DNA from: Eledone cirrhosa
Lineage: Eukaryota
Assembly: GCA_964016885.1 (NCBI GenBank)
Contig: OZ024747.1
Location: 8,122,001-8,186,000 of the forward strand
Reading direction: 5' to 3'
Length of the DNA stretch: 64,000 nucleotides
Positions 1 to 14,002 of the stretch are shown piece after piece. The notes under the pieces are model-generated. The model did no database searches and was not told where the DNA came from. It saw only the letters and a list, made by a program, of their open reading frames with translations. The position numbers and the translations under genes were made by a program. Positions within the stretch are counted from its first letter, which is position 1, and every line of letters starts with the position of its first letter.

Positions 1-30
<30 letters not shown>

Positions 31-33
<3 letters not shown>

Positions 34-350
34 CACATGCCTTGCAATCGAAAGGTTGTGAGTTCACTTCTCAGACCGGGTGATGTGTTGTTTCCTTGAG
101 CAAGACACTTTATTTCACATTGCTCCAGTTTACTCAGCTGTAGAAATGAGATGATAGGGTCTGGGGTCCCTATCATTCCACTGCAAAGTGGTCGTGGAGG
201 TGCCACGGCAAAAAAGCACCCAGCACTCTCTGTAAATGAGGTTGGTGTTAGGAAGGGCATCCAGCTGTAGAAATCAAGCCAGAATCAGTTCCCGTCCCAC
301 CCTTGCAAGCAGGGAAAAAGCGGACATAAAATGAAATGAAAAAAAAATGA
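31..350 (+). mobile_element. SINE family A (tRNA head, CORE-like domain, RTE-like (TGA)n tail); A-box deleted in this copy
   Basis: Near-identical to four minus-strand copies; B-box gagttcacttc; CORE-like ccttgagcaagacactt...cagtttactcagctgtagaaatg. Confidence 0.85.
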
Positions 351-1022
351 AATGAAATATATATACAGAGAGTAAGAATAAAACATTGGGCTTCTGCAAT
401 TTTTGTCTAAAAAATTCTACTCACAAAGCATCGGTCAATCCAAGACTATAATAGAAGACCAAGGTGTCTCACTGTGGGACTGAATCAGAAACAACATGGC
501 TGCAAAGCAAACTCCTTAACTACTATGTCTAAGTTTAAGTTTTGTAATTTAACAGTTCGACAAAACAAAGCAATACTTCTGCGTGGTCATGGTTGAATGA
601 CTTAAACCCACAAAAAAATGAAACAATAAAAGAATATAACTTTCTACTTTTGCTTATATACGGGTACAAACTGAAGCTGAAACATTGACAGTATGCCCCC
701 CCCCCTCTCACTGTTAAGTGGTCATGTAGGTATCATGACAAAAAACATCCAGTACTCAGGTTGGTGTTAGGCAGGGCATCCAGCTGTAGAAAACAAACCC
801 AAACCAGTTCTGTATGAGCAAGACATGGTCACCTGACCTGGCACTGCCCACAACTGGGCAACTAGTCTAACCCATGCTAGTGTAGAAAAATGGACGTAAA
901 ATGGTGATGATAATGATGATATATATATAATAGTCTCTCGGCCATTCTCGCATCAAATGGAACAAAACCGTCTAACCCATGCTAGTGTGGAAGATGGATG
1001 TTAAATGATGATAATGATGATA

Positions 1023-1054
<32 letters not shown>

Positions 1055-2849
1055 GAAATATATTATTTTCTTAATCCTTTTTATACCAGCCTGCCTAAAA
1101 CCTCCTTTTGTGCTATGAAACAAAAACCATCCAATTCATCCAATTTTATAATGTTCCTATTTAAATTAAAATCATCCAACATAATTTGACAGAAGAACCT
1201 TTTGCCAAATTATGTTATAGCTGCCATCCTAATAATAAAATAATTAATTATTTTAATTAATCCCTCCCTTCGAATTCTTAATTAATTCAAATACAGTGTA
1301 CTTCATTATAAATATGGTAATGAAAGAGTTAAATTTCTATTTTTCATTAATTTTCATTTTAACAAAATGATCCATCCAACCCATGCCAGCATGGAAAAGT
1401 GAATTTTAAAACAATGATGAATCCATTTTAATAATAAAAAACAATGAAAAAACAACAACAACAACAACAGTAACAACAACAAAAGCAACATAAAACAACA
1501 ACAACAACTGCTTGTATGATGTGTATTAAGCCTATAACTTTAAATGTAAAGTATCAATGTCCATTTGTAGTTCTATTATCTAACCTTTTATTAATTTCCT
1601 ACTGAAATCTATTATTTTAATTATCTTAATAAGATTTGTTAACATAATATCTAATTTAAACATTGTCCCTTGGTGGCAATTGCATAGATCTCTTGTGTTA
1701 AAATATATTTACTATGAAGAGAGAGAGAGAAAAAAGAGAGAGAGTGAGAGAGAGGATAGATAGATAGATAGAGAGAGAGAGAGGCAATAAAATTTAAATC
1801 AATAAATTTTTAGGTACAAGATAAACACTTTAAGACAGAAAGCCTAGCAATTAAATAAAGCAATTTGCAAATTGTCGTTGACAAAAGCCGAACCAATACT
1901 TGCCGAAGAAGTAATTACAATCAGTTATTTCCCTTTGATTTCTTCAATTAAATTTCACCCCCTCCCCCAACAAAAAAATATATATTTTTCAAAGCCAAAG
2001 AACATATAGTAAATGAAATGAAACAGTATTTCTTCTTAATAGCAATTACCAAGTAAGCTCTTCTCAAAGGGTCTTTTCACCAAGGAAAAATATACTAAAA
2101 TGACTTGGAAACATTAAAATTTTTCCTTTTGTTTTTTTGGTGTTATATTTTTGTTTTATTTTTTTTCAATTAAGGTTATCTTTATAATGGTTTATTTATT
2201 GCATTTAAAAAAAAAAGTTCTCCTTTTTTAACATTTTTTAAATTATTTTTTTTTCCATTTATTTTCTTGGTTTCATTTCAGTTTTTAAATAATCAGAAAG
2301 TCTGCTAAGTATTTTATCTTGAAAGAACAATAAGATTCTCTCTTGGGAGAAAAACTAGGTGAAAAAGTCTATCTAAAACAAAACAAAAAAAAAATTTTTA
2401 TCCCAAGAATAATTAGATAAACCAGTATATTTTTTAAATAAATCTTTTGGGTTTTCTATTTGTTTTGGTTGTTTTAAATTGTTTTTATTTTAAGAGTTTA
2501 ATCTTTTAAAGATATTTGTAGTATATTTCTCTTATTTTTTTTTTAGTCTTGTCATGGCTTTACTTTGCTTTTCTTCCATTTTGTTTTTTAAGAAACAACT
2601 TGTTTATTTATGACCCTTATTTTTTTTTGTATTAATTATTCATTAGTTTTATCTTTCTTTTGTTTCCCCTTCTTCCTATTTCTTCCTAGTCAGTCAAGTC
2701 AGTCCTGTTAAAGGCTACCACCATTGACAATCTGGCAAATTGCTTTTAGCTTTATGATTTATTTATGTAAATTTTCTGGAACAAAAAAAGAGATGTCTTG
2801 GCTTGCCTTTCCTTTTCCTTTTGTATCTCTTTCAGTTTCTATTCCAAAC

Positions 2850-3150
2850 TTCAAATAAAGGCTTCATTTTTCTTTTCTTTTATACTTCCCAATTTCTAAT
2901 TCTCCATCATCATCACAATAACCAAGCATAAGTTATTTCAAATAAAGGATTTACTTTTATATTCCTCATTTCTAATTCACCAACAATACAATAAACATAA
3001 GCTATTTCAAATAAAGGCTTCACTTTTCTTTTCTATTTGTCATTTCTAACTCCCCACCACAGCTACAACCATAAATTATTTCAAATAAAAGCTTCACTTT
3101 ACTTTTCTAATTTCCTCATTTTAATTTGCCATCATCACTACGACAACCAT
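2850..3150 (+). repeat. Degenerate 70-87-bp tandem repeat, 4 copies
   Basis: Recurrent ttcaaataaaggcttcacttt...atttctaa. Confidence 0.75.
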
Positions 3151-3238
3151 TATCATTTCCATTCAAACCAAACTGAAAGAAAGGAGATTTCACTTCTCTA
3201 TTTATGATACTGTTTTTTACTAAGGTTTCTTAGCCAAA

Positions 3239-3296
<58 letters not shown>

Positions 3297-3480
3297 ATCA
3301 AATTTAATATAGAAATGGCTTCTACAGGACTAGAATTGTTTCATTAAAAAAAAAAAAAAAAATCATCATGAAACAGTTCTAGTCCTGTAGAAGCCATTTC
3401 TATATTAGACTTGATGTTTACACTCTACTAATGTATTGAGTACCTTACTAACTGTGGTTACCCCCACTTGAACCCGGGAC
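3297..3480 (+). mobile_element. Fold-back copy of the hammerhead-associated family also at 61880-62015 and 63655-63826
   Basis: 40-bp inverted arms at 3305-3344 and 3368-3407; tail gtattgagtaccttac...tgtggttaccc...ttgaacc shared by all three copies. Confidence 0.75.
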
Positions 3481-3503
3481 TATACACACACACATATATA
3501 TAT

Positions 3504-3700
3504 ATAGGAACGAGTAGGACCCCGACAGCTGAGCTCAAGCCGTTTCGACGGCTAATTCTGGACTCAGAATTAGCCGTCGAAACGGCTTGAGCTCAGCCGT
3601 CGGGGTCCTACTCGTTCCTATTACCCACTCTACTACCATAAGTATTGAGTACTTTGGTGCGTTATGGTCCACCTGGTTCCTTACCACATTTCCTTCGTTA
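3504..3700 (+). mobile_element. GC-rich 57-bp-arm palindrome containing a hammerhead 3' half, plus family tail
   Basis: Arms 3504-3560 and 3565-3621 (1 mismatch); GAAA-cggct(tgagctc)agccG-TC. Homologous pieces at 18838-18947 and about 55525-55590(-). Confidence 0.7.
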
Positions 3701-4285
3701 TATATATATATGTATACCATCATCATCATCATCTTCATTTTACGTCCTGGAAGTAAAGTTAATGCATTAACTGAAAACAAAGCAATGAAGAAGAACAATG
3801 GTTCTCCCCTGGAACCACTCCTTTTTGTTACCATAATTCTAGTGAAAGACACTGCCAAACATTTGAAAGGATTTTGTATTATATGTCACTATTTCATTAT
3901 TAGGTTGGTGTTTGGAACATAACTTAATACAGGTTCTTACATAGAATTATGATGGTAGGTTTTTAAATAAATATAAATACTTTAAAATAAACAGCCTCAT
4001 ATCATTGAAACTGATGTGGTTTCAGTCACATTGGTATCAGAAATATTAATCATTTACTACTGTAACAGGAGGTCTACATACATTTATTTCTCTATTGACC
4101 ATTTTCCATTTAATAAATTCTGCTCTATTCTCCACCCTCTACTTTTTTATCCTTTGAATTATTACTTTGATGACTATAATCTGGAGAGTTTCCTAGTATA
4201 TGTCATGTGTCTCAGTCAGCAATCACCCCACCCCCTAACTATTGCTACCATTTTATAGTGTGTAATGGGAACATTTTAGTGTGAT

Positions 4286-4966
4286 ACCAGCACTATCACT
4301 TTATAAAGTGTAGTGGGTGCATTTTACTGCACCACCAGCACTATCACTTTGTAAAGTGTAGTGGGTGCATTTTACTGCACCACCAGCACTATCACTTTGT
4401 AAAGTGTAGTGGGTGCATTTTACTGCACCACCAGCACTATCACTTTGTAAAGTGTAGTGGGTGCATTTTACTGCACCACCAGCACTATCACTTTGTAAAG
4501 TGTAGTGGGTGCATTTTACTGCACCACCAGCACTATCACTTTGTAAAGTGTAGTGGGTGCATTTTACTGCACCACCAGCACTATCACTTTGTAAAGTGTA
4601 GTGGGTGCATTTTACTGCACCACCAGCACTATCACTTTGTAAAGTGTAGTGGGTGCATTTTACTGCACCACCAGCACTATCACTTTGTAAAGTGTAGTGG
4701 GTGCATTTTACTGCACCACCAGCACTATCACTTTATAAAGTGTAGTGGGTGCATTTTACTGCACCACCAGCACTATCACTTTGTAAAGTGTAGTGGGTGC
4801 ATTTTACTGCACCACCAGCACTATCACTTTGTAAAGTGTAGTGGGTGCATTTTACTGCACCACCAGCACTATCACTTTATAAAGTGTAGTGGGTGCATTT
4901 TACTGCACCACCAGCACTATCACTTTGTAAAGTGTAGTGGGTGCATTTTACTGCACCACCAGCACT
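4286..4966 (+). repeat. 48-bp minisatellite, about 14 copies
   Basis: Unit accagcactatcactttRtaaagtgtagtgggtgcattttactgcacc; the lines starting at 4321, 4561 and 4801 are identical (5 x 48). Confidence 0.97.
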
Positions 4967-6554
4967 TGTGAGTTTGCTTTGAATTTTCCATGACCAAAGG
5001 GAATACTCACTACCCTCCATTGTCTCTATTCATTCAAGGCAATGCAACCCAGAGGGTGAATAGAAGCAAGAGCACTGTACATTGAGAAAAATATTTCAAA
5101 GTCCATTTTGAATGGAAAGAAAATTTAATTGAAGAACGGTGGAAAACTTTAACCCATTCTTTACCATATTTCTAATGAAAAGACAGCCTATAGTTTTCAA
5201 TTAATTTTGAAAATAATCAAAAAATTTGGAGGGATTTAGTAAAATAACTAACCTTTTCATTATTAGGTTGGTGTTTAGAACATATAAATTATCACAGGTT
5301 CTTATATAAAATTATGATAGGTTTTTAGACAAATATAAACATGTTAACCCTTTCGTTACTATATGTCTAATGAAAGACACTGCCTATGGTTTTCAAATAA
5401 TTTAGAAAATAATCAAGTATTTGGAGGGATTTAGTAATATAACTAACATTCTCATTGTTAGAACTCCGCGACAAAACATAGCCTTTGAATTTTTTAAGAG
5501 AAAATACTTAGTCTTATAAACCCAGCTGTAATTACTTATTCTCAGGAAAATAAACAACTAGATATAGGTGCAAGGATGGCTGTTTGGTTAAGAAGTTTAC
5601 TTTGAAACCACATGGTTTTATGTTTAGTTGGACTGTGTGGCATCCTGAGTATGTCTCTTCTAACAACAGATTGAGGTTGACCAAAGACTTGTTACAGATA
5701 TTTGGGAGATGGAAACTGAAAAAGCTCACAATAAAGAATAAGCAAAGATGTATTAATCCAGTTTAGTCAAGGTAAAAAGGTAAAGGGCATGCGTAACACC
5801 TTGATGGATTTGTAGGGGCACAGTCCTTACACATGGTATGCCTAGGGTATTTTACACTTGGTGAAGCTTATCCCTCTGCAGGAGGTAGGAATGCAGCCGA
5901 ATTCTTCCAGACAGAGTGGTGGTGGTGGTGGGGAGGGATAAAGAGAGATTAAATAAGAACCAACACCAACTTAGTACTGGTAGCTTATTTTATCAACACC
6001 CCCAGAAAAGATAAAAGAAAAAGTCGACCTCAGCAGGATTTGAACTCAAAACATAGTGAGCCAAAACAGACACCAAGGCATTTTTAATCTGGCACACTTA
6101 TGATTCTCTTAATTCACTGATTACAGTTTAGTAAGTGATGACTAAATCCATTCAAGGCAGTGCCCCAACATGGCCACAGTCTAATAACTGAAACCAATGA
6201 AAGAAGAAAAGAATAAAAGAATGTGTTAATGCAGTTTAGTTAGTGAAAATAGCTGCATTGTTACTGTTATCTTATTGATTAGAGTTTATATATTTTGTGA
6301 ACATTGATTTTGTTTGTTAAAACCAATGTATTGACATTAAAAATTTATAAAACATAGAATTTAGAATATGGTAAAATATTGAACCTAATGTATTGGTAGT
6401 GGTCTGCATTGGTAACAAATGATTCACTGGAGAGTTTGTAGAAGAGTTTGGCAAGTTTAGTTGGTGTGGGCAGCAGTGAGGAATATAATAATGGTTTTGA
6501 CTATCAAGAGAGTACACTTTAGTGGATGTGTGATGTTGATATGTACGACAATGA

Positions 6555-6655
6555 AACATGTATGAGCTGAGAGAAAAAATGGGTATAAGAGGAATCAGGA
6601 TTAGTGTACAAGAGAGAAGACTGCACTGGTATAGACATGTGATGCATATAGATGA
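6555..6655 (+). mobile_element. Short RTE-type LINE fragment
   Basis: ELREKMGIRGI..VQERRLHWYRHVMH resembles the RL.W.GHV.R motif. Confidence 0.55.
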
Positions 6656-9514
6656 TAATCTTGGTGAAGGATGGAAACATTCGGGAGCAAAGCAAGACAC
6701 CCCCACTTCACACAAACAAAAGTCAGTGCTTTGCAAATGAAGTTCTATTTAGATATTTGTTCTGCACTGAGCTACAAACCATCCCTTGTCACAGATGCCC
6801 TAAAAATGCAGCAAATCATGGATTAGTCAGTTGGAAAGTTCTAATCAATGATCGTATTCTTCATATTAGCCATGTATCTATTAACTATTTCGGACAAGTT
6901 TTCATTGTTTGTGATTTATGAAATACTGTGTTCTAACTGAAAAATAGAATTTGGGTATATAACACAAATAGATGGTCATGATGCCACGCAGTAAGATCAA
7001 ACGGGGAACCACGTACTGCAAAGTAGATCTCTTGACCACATAACCATACCTGTGCTCATAATTCTATATTATCTCTATAGTAAAATCCGGCTGAGCCTTT
7101 GTTAAATTTGTATACAAATATTTTCCAATAATTCTTTCTTATGTTGACAGGAGCCCACCAATAATATTCAATTCTTTAGATTGTATACAATCAGACATGA
7201 ACTAGTTTGAAGCATGTTCTATTGTTCTTATTGTTTTTATCATAGCGAGAATATCAATTATTAGCGTTATTTATTGATCTCTCATTGCCTGTTTCAATTT
7301 TGAGCTACATGCATTTTTACAATTTTTCTTCATCTTTGTTATGAATGTTTTAATAAGTTTACAAATATTTTTCCTATTTATCTTTAACAATGGTTTTTGA
7401 TTTAGGCACAAGGCCAGCAATTTAGGGGGTGGGGAAAGTCGATCAAAACGACCCCAGTGCATTACTGGTACTTTATTTTGTCAACCCCATAAGGATGAAA
7501 GGCAAAGCTAACTTTGGCGGAATTTGAATTCAGAACGTAAAGGGCCATAACTCTATGCTGCAAAGCATGGTGTTTGACACACTACTGATACTGCCAATCC
7601 ACAGCCCTTTTTATCTTTAATAATTGTTTCTATTATTGGCGCAAGGCCAGAAATTATCCCAGTGCATTACTGGTACTTTTTATCTTTAATAATGGCATCT
7701 TGTTGCTTCATTTCAGTTGATCTCAGCTATTTCAGTGCCCAGGACCCCTACTCCTGCTATTTAAATGAATTTTCCCATGTACCCACCACTATAATTATTC
7801 CACCTCCCTGGTTGTTATATAGTGAGAATAACAATAGAAAGGGAGAGAAATGTTATATTTACAGATGAAAAGATACCTAATAATGTGTCGCGCCGAGGTT
7901 AACTTTGCCTTTCATCCTTACAGGGTCGATAAAATAAAGTACCAGTAATGTACTGGGTAATTGCTGGCCTTGTGCCAATAGTAGAAACAATTATGTTTTT
8001 AATAAAGTACTTGAAATTCTGAACTTATCTGACAGACCTCGCAGGAGTTTGTGAACCCAGGCTGGGAACTGTTGCTTCATTTCTTTGTCTACTGAGAATG
8101 TCTTAGAATATATTGTTTGTCTTAGAATATATTGCCAGGTCTATACAAATGTTGGTGTATGTTCACACTATTGTAAAACTGAATGAAATGAAAATGAAAG
8201 ATAAAAAAATGATTCACCTATGCAGGTTTAGCTGACCTCCCATGAGTTATCACCTCATTGGAGTTATTTTGGGTGTTTTAATGCTATCGTTAAAAAACGC
8301 CCAAAATAACTCCAATAAGGTGAACCCTAGTCCCATCATGGAAAGCAGTGGGAAATGAAGTATCTTGCTCAAGAACACAACATAATACTTGGTCCAGGAA
8401 TTAAATCCCCATCCTTAGGATTAGGAGTCCAACACTCAAAGAACCTGAAGATCTAGTCCCTGTGCCTTTACTGGATCTGGGTATTAAACACTGATACTTT
8501 TATATAGGTGTGATCAACAAGATACCAGACCTCAATCGCTTACTGAGTGGGGTGGAACTTGTTAAATCAGACCAAGGGAACAATGTTTCCATTGGTCTTT
8601 CCATTTCTGATACTATCTACTCCCTGATTTACCAGAAATATCTAAAAATGAGTTTGTTAATTCAAATGTTTACTAGTAAACAAAAGTAAATACTTTAATT
8701 TTTAATGTGATGCGGTCATACTGCTGATTTGCACTTTTCAAGAATGTCTTGCTAATGTAGTTCCATGCTGTACAGAATGTTAAGAGTTAAAGACTGACAT
8801 TGGAGTGGTTTAATGGGCTACAGACACAGCCTGTGTTCTTAGCTTGAATGCTTAAAGAGAATCATTTTTCTTGCAAATAGTTGCAGTTTGATATTTGAAG
8901 GGTGCAAACACAGTCATGTGATTAACAAGTTCACTTTGCAACAATTATGTGGTTTGGGGTTCGATTTCAATGTTTGCCAAAGAAATAATTGGTCTTTCCA
9001 TTGCTGATGTTATCTGCTGGTAACAACTCCTGGTAGAAGGAATGATGTGAAATATAGTATTTTACTGAAAAATAGAGCATGCTGCCTTGTCAAGGAATTG
9101 AGCCCACAACCTTGTGATTGTGAGTCCAACACCCTAACCACTAAGCCATGTGCCTTCACAAAAAGGTAAATCAAACCAAAATATGCTTAAACAACAACAA
9201 CAACAAGAACTGACTATCCCTATGTCATATATAATCAGGGTTTTGCTTGAACAGGATTGACCTGAAGCTAAACAACAACAATAGCAACAGCTCTCTTCCC
9301 TGAATGTTTCTTATCCAGAACTTCATCTTTCTTCAATTCACTTTGCTGCTGTTGGTTGTCATGGAAATTTTGAAAAATTCAAAAAACATGCTAACCCACC
9401 AATCTTAAGTAATAATTTCACATCCTCATCAGAAAAGGAGAAAAAAGAATAAAATAAAATATGGCTGCTCTTTCCTTTCTGAAGAAATCCCCCCCCACAA
9501 AAAAAAATTTCAAC

Positions 9515-9650
9515 CAGACACGGATGTGTGGTTAAGGAGTTCACTTTGCAACCATATGGTTTTAGGTTCAGTCCCACTGCATGGAATCTTGGGTAAGTGG
9601 CTTGGGTTGACCAATGCCTTGTGAATGAAATTTGGTGGATGACTGTGTAC
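9515..9650 (+). mobile_element. Older SINE family C (copies at about 400-530, 5570-5720, 41280-41580, 61175-61315)
   Basis: Shared tgtgtggttaagRagttcactttgcaacca...ggttcagtcc...gttgaccaa.gccttgtga...tttgg..gatggaaactg; diverged. Confidence 0.7.
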
Positions 9651-10194
9651 CAGCAAGCACAAATATGCATACATATATGTATGGATGTATTACTATAAAG
9701 ACCCTTTGGAGGAACCCTATTTCAGCTGCTTGTATTTGTCATCATATTCTTTGAATCCAAAATGTCAGAACAAATACCAAAATGTATTTTACCCTATTCT
9801 CAAATATCAATAATGTAAGCACCAGACAGATGAAGTACCGCAAGATTCACTCAATCAACTTGAAGATGGTGCTTCAGCATGGCCATAGTCCAATGAGAGA
9901 AATCAACAGAGAATAAAAATATAGGAATAAAAGAATGTTATTCACATAATAATTGTTTCTACTTTTGGCACAAGGCCAGCAATTACCCAGTGCATTACTG
10001 GTACTTTATTTTATCGACCCTGTAAGGATGAAAGGCAAAGTTAACCTCGGCGGGATTTGAATTCAGAATGACAAGGGCCACAACTATATGCGTCAAAGCA
10101 TGGTGTCCGACTCCCTACTATTATTCACATAATGATGTAATGATGTTGTTGTCCTCGTAATCTATGATGAGCATATCTATATCTGAGCAATATT

Positions 10195-11448
10195 CTGTGT
10201 ACATCTTGTTTAGAATAGGTACACTGTATCTCTGTGTACATATTGTTTAGAAGAGGTACACTGTATCTCTGTACATCTTGTTTAGAAGAGGTACACTGTA
10301 TCTCTGTGTACATCTTGTTTAGAAGAGGTACACTGTATCTCTGTGTATATCTTGTTTAGAAGAGGTACACTGTATCTCTGTGTATATCTTGTTTAGAAGA
10401 GGTACACTGTATCTCTGTGTATATCTTGTTTAGAAGAGGTACACTGTATCCCTGTATATATCTTGTTTAGAAGAGGTACACTGTATCTCTGTGTATATCT
10501 TGTTTAGAAGAGGTACACTGTATCTCTGTGTACATCTTGTTTAGAATAGGTACACTGTATCTCTGTGTACATCTTGTTTAGAAGAGGTACACTGTATCTC
10601 TGTGTACATCTTGTTTAGAAGAGGTACACTGTATCCCTGTCTATATCTTGTTTAGAAGAGGTACACTGTATCCCTGTATATATCTTGTTTAGAAGAGGTA
10701 CACTGTATCTCTATATATCTTGTTTAGAATACGTACACTGTATCTCTGTGTACATCTTGTTTAGAATAGGTACACTGTATCTCTGTGTATATCTTGTTTA
10801 GAAGAGGTACACTGTATCTCTATATATCTTGTTTAGAAGAGGTACACTGTATCTCTGTATATCTTGTTTAGAAGAGGTACACTGTATCTCTGTATATATC
10901 TTGTTTAGAATACGTACACTGTATCTCTGTGTACATATTGTTTAGAAGAGGTACACTGTATCTCTGTGTACATCTTGTTTAGAAGAGGTACACTGTATCT
11001 CTGTGTATCTCTTGTTTAGAAGAGGTACACTGTATCCCTGTATATATCTTGTTTAGAATAGGTACACTGTATCTCTGTGTACATCTTGTTTAGAAGAGGT
11101 ACACTGTATCTCTGTGTACATCTTGTTTAGAAGAGGTACACTGTATCTCTGTGTACATCTTGTTTAGAATAGGTACACTGTATCTCTGTGTACATCTTGT
11201 TTAGAATACGTACACTGTATCTCTGTGTACATATTGTTTAGAAGAGGTACACTGTATCTCTGTGTACATCTTGTTTAGAAAAGGTACACTGTATCTCTGT
11301 GTACATCTTGTTTAGAAGAGGTACACTGTATCTCTGTGTACATCTTGTTTAGAAGAGGTACACTGTATCTCTGTGTACATATTGTTTAGAAGAGGTACAC
11401 TGTATCTCTGTGTACATCTTGTTTAGAAGAGGTACACTGCATCTCCGT
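10195..11448 (+). repeat. 37-bp minisatellite, about 34 copies
   Basis: Unit tacatcttgtttagaagaggtacactgtatctctgtg, with 35-bp variants. Confidence 0.97.
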
Positions 11449-12008
11449 GTGTGTCCAGTATAGAGTAGGTTGGGTTCAAATCCTGGTGAGGTTAACTTTG
11501 TCTTTCATCCTTACGGGGGTCGATAAAATAAAGTACCAGTAATGCACTGGGGATGATTTAATCGACTTTCCCTTCCACCCAAAATTGTTGGCTTTGTGCA
11601 TAAATCAAAAACTATTATTTACATTACTAAATTACTTCAATTTCTTGATTATTTAAAAAATTAATTGAAAATTAATTGAAAATCATAGACAGTGTCTTTC
11701 ATTAGAAATATGTTAATGAAAAGTTTAATTTTGTTTTGAAATTTACAGCCATATAATTTTAAATGTTTTCTATCTTACTCTTTCTACACTCCAGCTTTGA
11801 TCAATAACCCAGATTACAGTTTTCATTGTCATCCATCATCCAATCAAAAACAAGCTTTGTATCACATGACCTAACCGATTGATCTAGAACACAGTTTCTT
11901 GAATCAAGCTTAATTCAAAACTGAGACAGGATTCTGTTTTATTTTATTTTTAAATTCTTTTTTTTTTTTGCATAAATAAAGAGAATGTCTGAGAATAGCC
12001 AATTTCTT

Positions 12009-12080
<72 letters not shown>

Positions 12081-12271
12081 GAAATGAGAAATAGATATAG
12101 AAGCAGAATTGACCCCAGTACTAGAATAGTACTTTATTTATCGACCTTGAAGTGATAAAAATCAAAGTTAGCCTAAGCGGGATTTGAAATTAGAGCAGAG
12201 AGAGCCGGGAACAAATACTGAGAAATATTTTATCTGACTTTCTAATGGCTGCCAGTTTGCCACCTGTTAAT

Positions 12272-12490
12272 TATGGTTTCTTATATAGGCACAAGGCTAG
12301 CAATTTTGGGGGAGAGGAGAGTCGATTAAAATCGACCCCAGCTTGTTACTGGTACTTTATTTTATCAACCCCGTAAGGATGAAAGGCAAAGTTAACCTCA
12401 ACGGGATTTGAACTCAGACCGTAAAGAGCCGTAACTCTATGCCACAAAGCATGGCGCCCGACTCTCTACCGATACTGCCAATCCACCGCC
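12272..12490 (-). mobile_element. SINE family B, long variant (G-rich segment plus gtcgat/atcgac hairpin)
   Basis: TSD gccacMtgttaattat; other long-variant copies at 7389-7607, 11470-11620(+), 21399-21620 and 34880-34972. Confidence 0.85.
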
Positions 12491-13739
12491 ACATGTTAAT
12501 TATAACAACAAGCCAAACCAGAAAAGTTGTAAGAAGGCAGATGATTTAGTTGGAAATAAAATATCAACAACAGACCTGGGCAGAGGTTGTGAGAGTGGAG
12601 CTCAATTCACTGAGACTGGAAGATGACAAAGGAACGCGACAAATGGAGAGATGCCGTGCTGAGAAGGACCCGTCCAACCCATGCAAGTATGGAAAAGTGG
12701 ACTTAAAAACGATGATGATGATGCGGATCATCATCATCATCATCCTCATGAATAACCAAATAAAACACCATCACATGATTGCAACCAAAAATTAATATAT
12801 GTTAAACTAAATTAAAGTCTATTTATTATTATTAACATGTTGATATATTGTGTGTATAGATGCTATTCATTAAAAATATTTTTCTATGAAAACACTTATT
12901 AGAAAAAGATACTGAATAAAGTCCTTCAGATTTGTTCACAATAATACTAACTTCTTTCACATATTACATCGGTAGCATAACCAAATAAATATTATATTAT
13001 GAGCTACAGAACTTATATAGAAAAGAGTATAATATACATATTAATAAAGAAATAAATAGAGATTATCGAAATAAAGATTATCTTATTTTCAGCCAAGAAA
13101 TTCAATAAACCTTTTCTTAACATTTTATGAAGTTCTTGGCAATAGAATTCTAAGAACAGTTCCATATATTTTTCATTATCTAATTCCACATATATATTTG
13201 AATATCGTGTTTGCTTTCTCTTTCTTTCTTTCGCTACATATAAATGCATACACACATACTTTCACATATACAAATGAAAGTTGATTTTCTAAAGGAAAAG
13301 CACTGCCTCTGCACCAACAGACAATATTCAGTTCTGACCAGTGTAATATTGCAGAAGTTAACAAAAGGCTCCTTCAGAGGCAATCAATAGAGAATTGTTC
13401 TCTCAACCATACAGTGTTCCTGCTTTTATTCAGCGAACACTGTAACAGCTCTGGGCCATAACATTTACATGGAAACCAGGAGGGGGAAGGGAAGTAGGCA
13501 GGCTGGAGACAATTGCAGAGAGAGGGAAAGTAAAAAGAAGAAAAATAAAACAGAGATGGTAGTACCATTGTGGAACCAAGCTGGCTAAATGGTCTAAAAC
13601 TATTTGCTGTAGAAAACATGGCATTATATCCTTTTGTGCCTCAAGTCATAAAGAAAAAGAACAAAAAGAAAAAAAAAAATTGATGTCTATATTATGCTGG
13701 AACTCTGTCAGATCTGGCGACAAGTACTCCAGTAGTGTT

Positions 13740-14002
13740 TTTTATCAATGGAACAACTTGCTCATGAAATTAATGTGTAAGTAACTGTACATTCCACAGA
13801 CACGAGTAGCCTTAACATAGATGCAGCATGACAAGGCTAGCCGTTTCAATTAAAGGTACAACTCATTTTTGTCAGCTGAGTAGACTGGAGCAATGTGAAA
13901 TAAAGTGTCTTGCTCAAGGACATAATGCATCACCAGGAATCAAACTCACAATCTTATGATTGTGAGCCAAACTCCTTAACCATTAAGCCATGTGACTTCA
14001 CA
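13740..14002 (-). mobile_element. Older CORE-like SINE (relatives at 20915-21190, 37615-37800, 44240-44447, 44575-44810, 53440-53740)
   Basis: cagctgagtagactggagcaatgtgaaataaagtgtcttgctcaagg core plus tRNA-like head. Confidence 0.7.

Noticed and set aside
1400-2840. Unique AT-rich stretch as UTR or promoter of a neighbouring gene
   Set aside because: No ORF, splice pattern or motif that I can support from the sequence alone.
13374-13502. Possible minus-strand terminal exon (PAYFPSPSW...IDCL*) after a pyrimidine-rich acceptor
   Set aside because: No recognisable homology, phase does not follow exon 2, and it lies 20 kb past a better terminal exon; unsupported without transcript data.
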